NCBI RefSeq assembly: GCF_009914755.1 | Contig: NC_060937.1 | From: the human T2T-CHM13v2.0 reference genome, Homo sapiens | Reading direction: 5' to 3' (one strand) | DNA: 64,000 bases | In this document: positions 1-13,840 of the stretch, one piece after another | Layout: each line of letters opens with the position of its first letter | How positions within the stretch are numbered: position 1 is the first letter of the stretch | Program-made: the position numbers and the translations under genes | The notes under the pieces: model-generated | Told to the model about the DNA's origin: nothing | Database searches by the model: none | Seen by the model: only the letters and a program-made list of their open reading frames with translations

Positions 1-1725
1 TCTGCACATAATATATCAAAGTACAGCGAATATATACTATATACTGTACATAAAATATCAAAGTACCCAAAATATGTATTATATACTGTACATAAAATAT
101 GAAAGTAACCAAACATTTATAATAAACTGTACATAAAGTAACAAAGTACTCAAACTACATATTATATACAGTATATAAAATGTCAAAGTATCCAAACTGT
201 ATATTATATACTGTACATAATATATCAAACTACCCGAATATATAGCATACTGTACATAAAATATCAAAGTACCCAAAGTGTGTATTATACACTGCACATA
301 AAATATGAAGGTACATAAAATATATATTGTATTCTGTACATAAAATATCAAAGTACTCCAAATATATATTATATGCTGTACATAATATATTAAAGTCGCC
401 CAAATATATATTATATACTGTACATAAAATATGAAGGTACATCAAATATATATTATATGCTGCACATAAAATATCAAAGTACCCAAAGTATGTGTTCTAT
501 ACTGTACATAAAATATCAAAGTACCCAAAGTATATATTATATACTGTACATAAAATATAAAATACCCCAAATATATATTATATGCTGTACATAAAATATG
601 AAAGTACACAAAATATGTATTATATACTGTACATAAAATACCAAAGGACCCAAAATATATATTATATACTGTACATAAAATATCAAAATACCCAAAATAT
701 ATATTATATACTGTACATAAAATACCAAAGTACCCAAAGTATATATTATATACCGTACAAAAAATATCAAAGTAGCCAAAATATGTATTATACACTGTAC
801 ATAATATATGAAAGTACCCAAACATTTATAATAAACTGTACATAAAATATCAATGTACTCAAACTATGTATTATGTGCGGTACATAACATATCAAAGTAC
901 CCATACTATATAGTATGTACTGTACTTAAAATATCAAAATACCCAAAATATATATTATATACTGTACATAAAATATGAAGGCACATCCAATATATATTAT
1001 ATTCTGTACATAAAATATCAAAGTACACCAAATGTATATTATATACTGTACATAAAATATCAAAGTACCCAAAGTGTATATTATATACTGTACATAAAAT
1101 ATGAAGGTTCATCAAATATATTTTATATTCTGCACATAATATATCAAAGTACAGCAAATATATATTATATACTGTACATAAAATATCAAAGTACCCAAAA
1201 TTGTATTATATACTGTACATAAAATATGAAAGTAACCAAACATTTATAATAAACTGTACATAAAGTATCAAACTACTCAAACTACATATTATATACAGTA
1301 TATAAAACGTCAAAGTACCCAAACTGTATATTATATACTGTACATAATATATCAAAGTACCCAAATATATAGCATACTGTACATAAAATATCAAAGTACC
1401 CAAAATATATATTATATACTGTACATAAAATATCAAAATACCCAAAATATATATTATATACTGTACATAAATTACCAAAGTACCCAAAGTATATATTATG
1501 TACCGTACAAAAAATATCAAAGTAGCCAAAATATGTATCATACACTGTACTTAATATATGAAAGTACCCAAACATTTATAATAAACTGTAAATAAAATAT
1601 CAATGTACTCAAACTATATATTATGTGCGGTACATAAGATATCAAAGTACCCATGCTATATAGTATATACTGTACTTAAAATATCAAAATACCCAAAATA
1701 TATATTATATACGTTACATAAACTA
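1..1725 (+). repeat. Partial, rearranged HOR (jump junction at 924-965; 377-bp deletion junction at 1381-1422)
   Basis: Order of diagnostic monomers compared with the reference unit 16225-19237. Confidence 0.75.
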
Positions 1726-4109
1726 TCAAATACACAAAGTATGTATTATATACTGTACATAAAATAGCAAAGTTCCCAAAATATGTATTATATACTGTAC
1801 ATAAAATATGAAAGTACCCAACCATTTATAATAAACTCTACATAAAATACCAAAGTACCCAAACTGTGTATTATATACTGTCCATAAAATATCAAAGGAC
1901 CCAAAATATATATTGTAAACTCTACATAAAATATCAAAGTAGCCAAAATACATATTGTATACTGTACATAAAATATAAAAGTACCCCAAATATATATTAT
2001 ATACTGTACATAAAATATCAAAGTACCCATAATACATATTATATACTGTACATAAAATATCAAAGGACCCAAAATAAACATTATATACTGTACATAAAAT
2101 ATCCAAATACTCAAAATATATATTACATACTGTACATAAAATATCAAAGTACCCAAATTATGTATTATATACTGTACGTAAAATATCAGAGTACCCAAAA
2201 TATGCATTATATACTGTACATAAAATATGAAGGTACATCAAATATATAGTATATGCTGCACATAAAATATCAAAGTACCCAAAGTATGTATTATATACTG
2301 TACATAAAATATCAAAGTACCAAAAGTATATATTACCTACTGTAAATAAAATATGAAGATACCTCAAATATATATTATATTCTGTACATAAAATATCAAA
2401 GTACACCAAGTATATACTATATACTCTACATAAAATATTAAATTACCCAAAATATGTATTGTATTGTGTACATAAAATATGAAAGTAACCAAACATTTAT
2501 AATAAACTGTACATAAAATATCAAAGTACTCAAACTTTATATTATATACTATACATAAAGTATCAAAGTACCCAAACTGTGTAGTATATACTGTACATAA
2601 AATATCAAGGTACCCAAAATGTATATTGTAAACTGTAGATAAAATATCAAAGTACCCAAAATATATATTATATACTGTACATAAAATATGAAGGCACATC
2701 CAATATATATTATATTCTGTACATAAAATATCAAAGTACACCAAATGTATATTATATACTGTACATAAAATATAAAACTACCCCAAATATATCTTATATA
2801 CTCTACATAAAATATCAAAGTACCCAAAATATATATTATATACTGTACATAATATATCAAAGTACCCATAGTATGTATTATATCCTGTACATAAAATATG
2901 AAGGTACATCAAATATATATTCTATTCTGCACATAAAATATCATATTGCACCAAATATATATTGTATACTGTATATAAAATATGAAGGTACTTCAAATAT
3001 ATATTATATGCTGCACATAAAATATCAAAGTACCCAAAGTATGCATTATATACTGTACATAAAATATCAAAGTACCCAAAGTGTATATTATATACTGTAC
3101 ATAAAATATGAAGGTTCATCAAATATATTTTATATTCTGCACATAATATATCAAAGTACAGCAAATATATATTATATATTGTACATAAAATAACAAAGTA
3201 CCAAAAATATGTATTATATACTGTACATAAAATATGAAAGTAACCAAATATTTATAATAAACTGTATATAAAATATCAAAGTACTCAAACTACATATTAT
3301 ATACAGTATATAAAATATCAAAGTACCCAAACTATATATTATATACTGTACATACTATATCAAAGTACCCAAATATATAGCATACTGTCCATAAAATATC
3401 GAAGTACCCAAAATATATATTGTATACTGTACATAAAATATGAAGGTACATCAAAGATATATTATATCCTGTACATAAAATATCAAAGTACACCAAATAT
3501 ATATTATATGCTGTACATAATATATTAAAGTCGACCAAATATATATTATATACTGTACATAAAATATGAAGGTACCTCAACTATATATTATATGCTGCAC
3601 ATAAAATATCAAAGTACCCAAAGTATGTATTATATACTGTACATAAAATATCAAAGTACCCAAAGTATATATTATATACTGTACATAAAATATAAAATAC
3701 CCCAAATATATATTATATGCTGTACATAAAATATCAAAGTACACAAAATATGTATTATGTACTGTACATACAATATAAAGGACCCAAAATATATACTATA
3801 TACTGTACATAAAATATCAAAATACCCAAAATATATATTATATACTGTACATAAAGTACCAAAGTACCCAAAGTATATATTATATACCGTACAAAAAATA
3901 TCAAAGTAGCCAAAATATGTATTATACACTGTACATAATATATGAAAGTACCCAAACATTTATAATAAACTGTACATAAAATATCAATGTACTCAAACTA
4001 TGTATTATGTGCGGTACATAACATATCAAAGTACCCATACTATATAGTATGTACTGTACTTAAAATATCAAAATACCCAAAATATATATTATATACGTTA
4101 CATAAACTA
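1726..4109 (+). repeat. HOR variant 2,384 bp (57 monomers: +294 cassette, -922, -1)
   Basis: Landmarks at 1726 and 4110; deletion junction near 2229; cassette 2763-3056. Confidence 0.85.
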
Positions 4110-6077
4110 TCAAATACACAAAGTATGTATTATATACTGCACATAAAATAGCAAAGTTCCCAAAATATGTATTATATACTGTACATAAAATATGAAAGTA
4201 CCCAACCATTTATAATAAACTCTACATAAAATACCAAAGTACCCAAACTGTGTATTATATACTGTCCATAAAATATCAAAGTACCCAAAATATATATTGT
4301 AAACTATACATAAAATATCAAAGTAGCCAAAATACATATTGTATACTGTACATAAAATATGAAAGTACCCCAAATATGTATTATATACTGTACATAAAAT
4401 ATCAAAGTACCCATAATACATATTATATACTGTACATAAAATATCAAAGGACCCAAAATAAACATTATATACTGTACATAAAATATCCAAATACTCAAAA
4501 TATATATTACGTACTGTACATAAAATATCAAAGTACCCAAATTATGTATTATATACTGTACGTAAAATATCAGAGTACCCAAAATATGCGTTATATACTG
4601 TACATAAAATATGAAAGTAACAAAACATTTATAATAAACTGTACATAAAATATCAAAGTACTCAAACTATATATCATATACTGTACATAAAATATCAAAG
4701 TACCCAAACTGTGTATTATTATATACTGTATATAAAATATCAAAGTACCTGAAATATATACTGTATACTGTACATAAAATATCAAAGTACCCAAAATATA
4801 TACTATATACTGTACATAAAATATGAAGGTACATCAAATATATATTATATCCTGTACACAAAATATCAAACTACACCTATTATATATTGTGTACTGTACA
4901 TAATATATTAAATCGCCCAAATATATATTGTATACTGTATATAAAATATGAAGGTACTTCAAATATATATTATATGCTGCACATAAAATATCAAAGTACC
5001 CAAAGTATGCATTACATACTGTACATAAAATATCAAAGTACACATATTATCTATTATATAATGTACATAAAATATGAAGGTTCATCAAATATATATTATA
5101 TTCTGTACATAATATATCAAAGTACATCAAATATATATTATATAGTGTACATAAAATATCAAAGTACCAAAAATATGTATTATATACTGTACATAAAACA
5201 TGAAAGTAACCAAACATTTATAATAAACTGTACATAAAATATCAAAGTACTCAATCTACATATTATATACAGTATATAAAATATCAAAGTACACAAACTG
5301 TATATTATATACTGTACATAATATATCAAAGTACCCAGAATATATAGCATACTGTACTTAAAATATCAAAGTACCCAAAATATATATTGTATACTGTACA
5401 TAAAATATGAAGGTACATCAAAGATATATTATATTCTGTACATAAAATATCAAACTACACCAAATATATATTATATGCTGTACATAATATATTTAAGTTG
5501 CCCATATATACATTATATACTGTACATAAAATATGAACGTACATCAAATATATAGTATATGCTGCACATAAAATATCAAATTACCCAAAGTATGTGTTAT
5601 ATACTGTACATAAAATATCAAAGTACCCAAAGTATATATTATATACTGTACATAAAATATAAAATACCCCAAATATATATTATATGCTGTACATAAAATA
5701 TCAAAGTACACAAAATATGCATTATGTACTGTACATAAATTATCAAAGGACCCAAAATATATATTATATAATGTACATAAAATATCAAAATACCCAAAAT
5801 ATATATTATATACTGTACATAAAATACCAAAGTACCCAAAGTATATATTATATACCGTACAAAAAATATCAAAGTAGCCAAAATATGTATTATACACTGT
5901 ACATAATATATGAAAGTACCCAAACATTTATAATAAACTGTACATAAAATATCAATGTACTCAAACTATATATTATGTGCGGTACATAAGATATCAAAGT
6001 ACCCATACTATATAGTATATACTGTACTTAAAATATCAAAATACCCAAAATATATATTATATACGTTACATAAACTA
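4110..6077 (+). repeat. HOR variant 1,968 bp (47 monomers; 1,045-bp deletion)
   Basis: Landmarks at 4110 and 6078; junction near 5566-5600. Confidence 0.85.
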
Positions 6078-8441
6078 TCAAATACACAAAGTATGTATTA
6101 TATACTGTACATAAAATAGCAAAGTTCCCAAAATATGTATTATATACTGTACATAAAATATGAAAGTACCCAACCATTTATAATAAAGTCTACATAAAAT
6201 ACCAAAGTACCCAAACTGTGTATTATATACTGTCCATAAAATATCAAAGGACCCAAAATATATATCGTAAACTCTACATAAAATATCAAAGTAGCCAAAA
6301 TACATATTGTATACTGTACATAAAATATAAAAGTACCCCAAATATGTATTATATACTGTACATAAAATATCAAAGTACCGATAATACATATTATATACTG
6401 TACATAAAATATCAGAGGACCCAAAATAAACATTATATACTGTACATAAAATATCCAAATACTCACAATATATATTACATACTGTACATAAAATATCAAA
6501 GTACCCAAATTATGTATTATATATTGTACGTAAAATATCAGAGTACCCAAAATATGCATTATATACTGTACATAAAATATGAAAGTAACAATACATTTAT
6601 AATAAACTGTACATAAAATATCAAAGTACTCAAACTATATATCATTTACTGTACATAAAATATCAAAGTACCCAAACTGTGTATTATTATATACTGTATA
6701 TAAAATATCAAAGTACCTGAAATATATATTGTATACTGTACATAAAATATCAAAGTACCCAAAATATATACTATATACTGTATATAAAATATGAAGGTAC
6801 ATCAAATATATATTATATCCTGTACATAAAATATCAAAGTACACCTATTATATATTGTGTACTGTACATAATATATTAAATCGCCCAAATATATATTGTA
6901 TACTGTATATAAAATATGAAGGTACTTCAAATATATATTATATGCTGCACATAAAATATCAAAGTACCCAAAGTGTGCATTACATACTGTACATAAAATA
7001 TCAAAGTACACATATTATATATTATATAATGTACATAAAATATGAAGGTTCATCAAATATATATTATATTCTGTACATAATATATCAAAGTACATCAAAT
7101 ATATATTATATACGGTACATAAAATATCAAAGTACCAAAAATATGTATTATATACTGTACATAAAACATGAAAGTAACCAAACATTTATAATAACCTGTA
7201 CATTAAATATCAAAGTACTCAATGTACATATTATATACAGTATATAAAATATCAAAGTACACAAACTGTATATTATATACTGTACATAATATATCAAAGT
7301 ACCCAGAATATATAGCATACTGTACATAAAATATCAAAGTACCCAAAATATATATTGTATACTGTACATAAAATATGAAGGTACATCAAAGATATATTAT
7401 ATTCTGTACATAAAATATCAAACTACACCAAATATATATTATATGCTGTACATAATATATTAAAGTTGCCCATATATGCATTATATACTGTACATAAAAT
7501 ATGAACGTACATCAAATATATAGTATATGCTGCACATAAAATATCAAAGTACCCAAAGTATGTATTATACACTGTACATAAAATATCAAAGTACCAAAAG
7601 TATATATTACATACTGTAAATAAAATATGAAGGTACGTCAAATATATATTCTATTCTATACATAAAATATCAAAGTACACCAAGTATATACTATATATTC
7701 TGCATAAAATATTAAATTACCCGAAATATGTATTGTATTGTGTACATAAAATATGAAAGTAACCAAACATTTATAATAAACTGTACATAAAATATCAAAG
7801 TACTCAAACTGTATATTATATACTGTACATAAAGTATCAAAGTACCCAAACTGTGTAGTATATACTGTACATAAAATATCAAGGTACCCAAAATATATAT
7901 TGTAAACTGTAGATAAAATATCAAAGTACCCAAAATATATATTATATACTGTACATGAAATATGAAGGCACATCCAATATATATTATACTCTGTACATAA
8001 AATATCAAAGTACACCAAATGTATATTCTATACTGTACATAAAATATCAAAGTACCCAAAGTGTATATTATATACTGTACATAAAATATGAAGGTTCATC
8101 AAATATATTTTATATTCTGCACATAATATATCAAAGTACAGCAAAATATCAAAATACCCAAAATATATATTATATACTGTACATAAAATACCAAAGTACC
8201 CAAAGTATATATTATATACTGTATAAAAAATATCAAAGTAGCCAAAATATGTATTATACACTGTGCATAATATATGAAAGTACCCAAACATTTATAATAA
8301 ACTGTACATAAAATATCAATGTACTCAAACTATATATTATGTGCGGTACATAAGATATCAAAGTACCCATACTATATAGTATATACTGTACTTAAAATAT
8401 CAAAATACCCAAAATATATATTATATACGTTACATAAACTA
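6078..8441 (+). repeat. HOR variant 2,364 bp (out-of-register 649-bp deletion)
   Basis: Landmarks at 6078 and 8442; junction GTACAGC|AAAATATCAAAATACCC near 8143. Confidence 0.85.
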
Positions 8442-11400
8442 TCAAATACACAAAGTATGTATTATATACTGCACATAAAATAGCAAAGTTCCCAAAATAT
8501 GTATTATATACTGTACATAAAATATGAAAGTACCCTACCATTTATAATAAAGTCTACATAAAATACCAAAGTACCCAAACTGTGTATTATATACTGTCCA
8601 TAAAATATCAAAGTACCCAAAATATATATTGTAAACTCTACATAAAATATCAAAGTAGCCAAAATACATATTGTATACTGTACATAAAATATAAAAGTAC
8701 CCCAAATATATATTATATACTGTACATAAAATATCAAAGTACCCATAATACATATTATACACTGTACATAAAATATCAAAGGACCCAAAATAAACATTAT
8801 ATACTGTACATAAACTATTCAAATACTCAAAATATATATTACATACTGTACATAAAATATCAAAGTACCCAAATTATGTATTATATACTGTATGTAAAAT
8901 ATCAGAGTACCCAAAATATGCATTATATACTGTACATAAAATATGAAAGTAACAAAACATTTATAATAAACTGTACATAAAATATCAAAGTACTCAAACT
9001 ATATATCATATACTGTACATAAAATATCAAAGTACCCAAACTGTGTATTATTACATACTGTATATAAAATATCAAAGTACCTGAAATATATATTGTATAC
9101 TGTACATAAAATATCAAAGTACCCAAAATATATACTATATACTGTACATAAAATATGAAGGTACATCAAATATATATTATATCCTGTACATAAAATATCA
9201 AAGTACACCTATTATATATTGTGTACTGCACATAATATATTAAATCGCCTAAATATATATTGTATACTGTATATAAAATATGAAGGTACTTCAAATATAT
9301 ATTATATGCTGCACATAAAATATCAAAGTACCCAAAGTATGCATTACATACTGTACATAAAATATCAAATTACACAAATTATATATTATATTCTGTACAT
9401 AAAATATGTAGGTTCTTCAAATATATTTTATATTCTGTACATAATATATCAAAGTACATCAAATATATATTATATACGGTACATAAAATATCAAAGTACC
9501 CAAAATATGTATTAATTTCTGTGCATAAAATATGAAAGTAACCAAACATTTATAATAAACTGTACATAAAATATCAAAGTACTAAATCTACATATTATAT
9601 ACAGTATATAAAATATCAAAGTACACAAACTGTATATTATATACTGTACATAATATATCAAAGTACCCAGAATATATAGCATACTGTACATACAATATCA
9701 AAGTACCCAGAATGTATATTGTATTCTGTACATAAAATATGAATGTACATCAAAGATATATTATATTCTGTACATAAAATATCAAAGTACACCAAATATA
9801 TATTATATGCTGTACATAATATATTAAAGTTGCCCATGCATACATTTTATACTGTACATAAAATATGAAGGTACATCAAATATATAGTATATGCTGCACA
9901 TAAAATATCAAAGTACCCAAAGTATGTATTATATACTGTACATAAAATATCAAAGTACCAAAAGTGTATATTACCTACTGTAAATAAAATATGAAGATAC
10001 CTCAAATATATATTATATTCTGTACATGAAATATCAAAGTACACCAAGTATATACTATATACTCTACATAAAATATTAAATTACCCAAAATATGTATTGT
10101 ATTGTGTACATAAAATATGAAAGTAACCAAACATTTATAATAAACTGTACATAAAATATCAAAGTACTCAAACCTTATATTATATACTGTACATAAAGTA
10201 TCAAAGTACCCAAACTGTGTAGTATATACTGTACATAAAATATCAAGGTACCCAAAATGTATATTGTAAACTGTAGATAAAATATCAAAGTACCCAAAAT
10301 ATATATTATATACTGTACATAAAATATGAAGGCTCATCCAATATATATTATATTCTGTGCATAAAATATCAAAGTACACCAAATGTATATTATATACTGT
10401 ACATAAAATATAAAACTACCCCAAATATATCTTATATACTCTACATAAAATATCAAAGTACCCAAAATATATATTATATACTGTACATAAAATATCAAAG
10501 TACCCATAGTATGTATTATATCCTGTACATAAAATATGAAGGTACGTCAAATATATATTCTATTCTGCACATAAACTATCATATTGCACCAAATATAGAT
10601 TGTATACTGTATATAAAATATGAAGGTACTTCAAATATATATTATATGCTGCACATAAAATATCAAAGTACCCAAAGTATGCATTATATACTGTACATAA
10701 AATATCAAAGTACCCAAAGTGTATATTATATACTGTACATAAAATATGAAGGTTCATCAAATATATTTTATATTCTGCACATAATATATCAAAGTACAGC
10801 AAATATATATTATATACTGTACATAAAATATCAAAGTACCCAAAATATGTATTATATACTGTACATAAAATATGAAAGTAACCAAACATTTATAATAAAC
10901 TGTACATAAAATATCAAAGTACTCAAACTACATATTATATACAGTATATAAAATGTCAAAGTACCCAAACTGTATATTATATACTGTACATAATATATCA
11001 AAGTACCCAAATATATAGCATACTGTACATAAAATATCAAAGTACCCAAAATATATATTGTATACTGTACATAAAATATGAAGGTACATCAAAGATATAT
11101 TATATTCTGTACATAAAATATCAAAGTACACCAAATATATATTATATGCTGTACAGAATATATTAAAGTCGACCAAATATATATTATATACTGTACATAA
11201 AATATGAAGGTACATCAAATATATATTATATGCTGCACATAAAATATCAAAGTACCCAAAGTATGTATTATATACTGTACATAAAATATCAAAGTACCCA
11301 AAGTATATATTATATACTGTACATAAAATATAAAATACCCCAAATATATATTATATCCTGTACATAAAATATCAAAGTACCCAAAATATATATTGTAAAC

Positions 11401-13840
11401 TGTACATAAAATATCAAAGTAGCCAAAATATATATTGTATACTGTACATAAAATATAAAAGTACCCCAAATATGTATTATATACTGTACATAAAATATCA
11501 AAGTACCGATAATACATATTATATACTGTACATAAAATATCAAAGGACCCAAAATAAACATTATATACTATACATAAAATATCCAAATACTCAAAATATA
11601 TATTACATACTGTACATAAAATATCAAAGTACCCAAATTATGTATTATATACTGTACGTAAAATATCAGAGTACCCAAAATATGCATTATATACTGTACA
11701 TAAAATATGAAAGTAACAAAACATTTATAATAAACTGTACATAAAATATCAAAGTACTCAAACTATATATCATATACTGTACATAAAATATCAAAGTACC
11801 CAAACTGTGTATTATTATATACTGTATATAAAATATCAAAGTACCTGAAATATATATTGTATACTGTACATAAAATATCAAAGTACCCAAAATATATACT
11901 ATATACTGTACATAAAATATGAAGGTACATAAATATATATTATATCCTGTACATAAAATATCAAAGTACACCTATTATATATTGTGTACTGTACATAATA
12001 TATTAAATCGCCCAAATATATATTGTATACTGTATATAAAATATGAAGGTACTTCAAATATATATTATATGCTGCACATAAAATATCAAAGTACCCAAGG
12101 TATGCATTACATACTGTACATAAAATATCAAAGTACACATATTATATATTATATAATATACATAAAATATGAAGGTTCATCAAATATATATTATATTCTG
12201 TACATAATATATCAAAGTACATCAAATATATATTATATACTGTACATAAAATATCAAAGTACCAAAAATATGTATTAGATACTGTACATAAAATATGAAA
12301 GTAACCAAACATTTATAATATACTGTACATAAAATATCAAAGTACTCAGTCTACATATTATATACAGTATATAAAATATCAAAGTACACACACTGTATAT
12401 TATATACTGTACATAATATATCAAAGTACCCAGAATATATAGCATACTGTACATAAAATATCAAAGTACCCGAAATATATATGGTATACTGTACATAAAA
12501 TATGAAGGTACATCAAAGATATATTATATTCTGTACATAAAATATCAAACTACACCAAATATATATTATCTGCTGTACATAATATATTAAAGTTGCCCAA
12601 ATATACATTCTATACTGTACATAAAATATGAACGTACATCAAATATATAGTATATGCTGCACATAAAATATCAAAGTACCCAAAGTATGTATTATACACT
12701 GTACATAAAATATCAAAGTACCAAAAGTATATATTACATACTGTAAATAAAATATGAAGGTACCTCAAATATATATTATATTCTGTACATAAAATATCAA
12801 AGTACACCAAGTATATACTATATACTCTGCATAAAATATTAAATTACCCACAATATGTATTGTATTGTGTACATAAAATATGAAAGTAACCAAACATTTA
12901 TAATAAACTGTACATAAAATATCAAAGTACTCAAACTGTATATTATATACTGTACATAAAGTATCAAAGTACCCAAACTGTGTAGTATATTCTGTACATA
13001 AAATATCAAGGTACCCAAAATATATATTGTAAACTGTAGATAAAATATCAAAGTACCCAAAATATATATTATATACTGTACATAAAATATGAAGGCACAT
13101 CCAATATATATTATATTCTGTACATAAAATATCAAAGTACACCAAATGTATATTATATACTGTACATAAAATATCAAAGTACCCAAAGTGTATATTATAT
13201 ACTGTACATAAAATATGAAGGTTCATCAAATATATTTTATATTCTGCACATAATATATCAAAGTACAGCAAATATATATTATATACTGTACATAAAATAT
13301 CAAAGTACCCAAAATATGTATTATATAGTGTACATAAATTATGAAAGTAACCAAACATTTATAATAAACTGTACATAAAGTATCAAACTACTCAAACTAC
13401 ATATTATATACAGTATATAAAACGTCAAAGTACCCAAACTGTATATTATATACTGTACATAATATATCAAAGTACCCAAATATATAGCATACTGTACATA
13501 AAATATCAAAGTACCCAAAATATATATTATATACTGTACATAAAATATCAAAATACCCAAAATATATATTATATACTGTACATAAATTACCAAAGTACCC
13601 AAAGTATATATTATGTACCGTACAAAAAATATCAAAGTAGCCAAAATATGTATTATACACTGTACTTAATATATGAAAGTACCCAAACATTTATAATAAA
13701 CTGTAAATAAAATATCAATGTACTCAAACTATATATTATGTGCGGTACATAAGATATCAAAGTACCCATGCTATATAGTATATACTGTACTTAAAATATC
13801 AAAATACCCAAAATATATATTATATACGTTACATAAACTA
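8442..13840 (+). repeat. Fused double HOR 5,399 bp (3307+2635-543)
   Basis: Landmark missing between 8442 and 13841; cassette at 10401; junctions near 11360 and at 13496. Confidence 0.85.
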
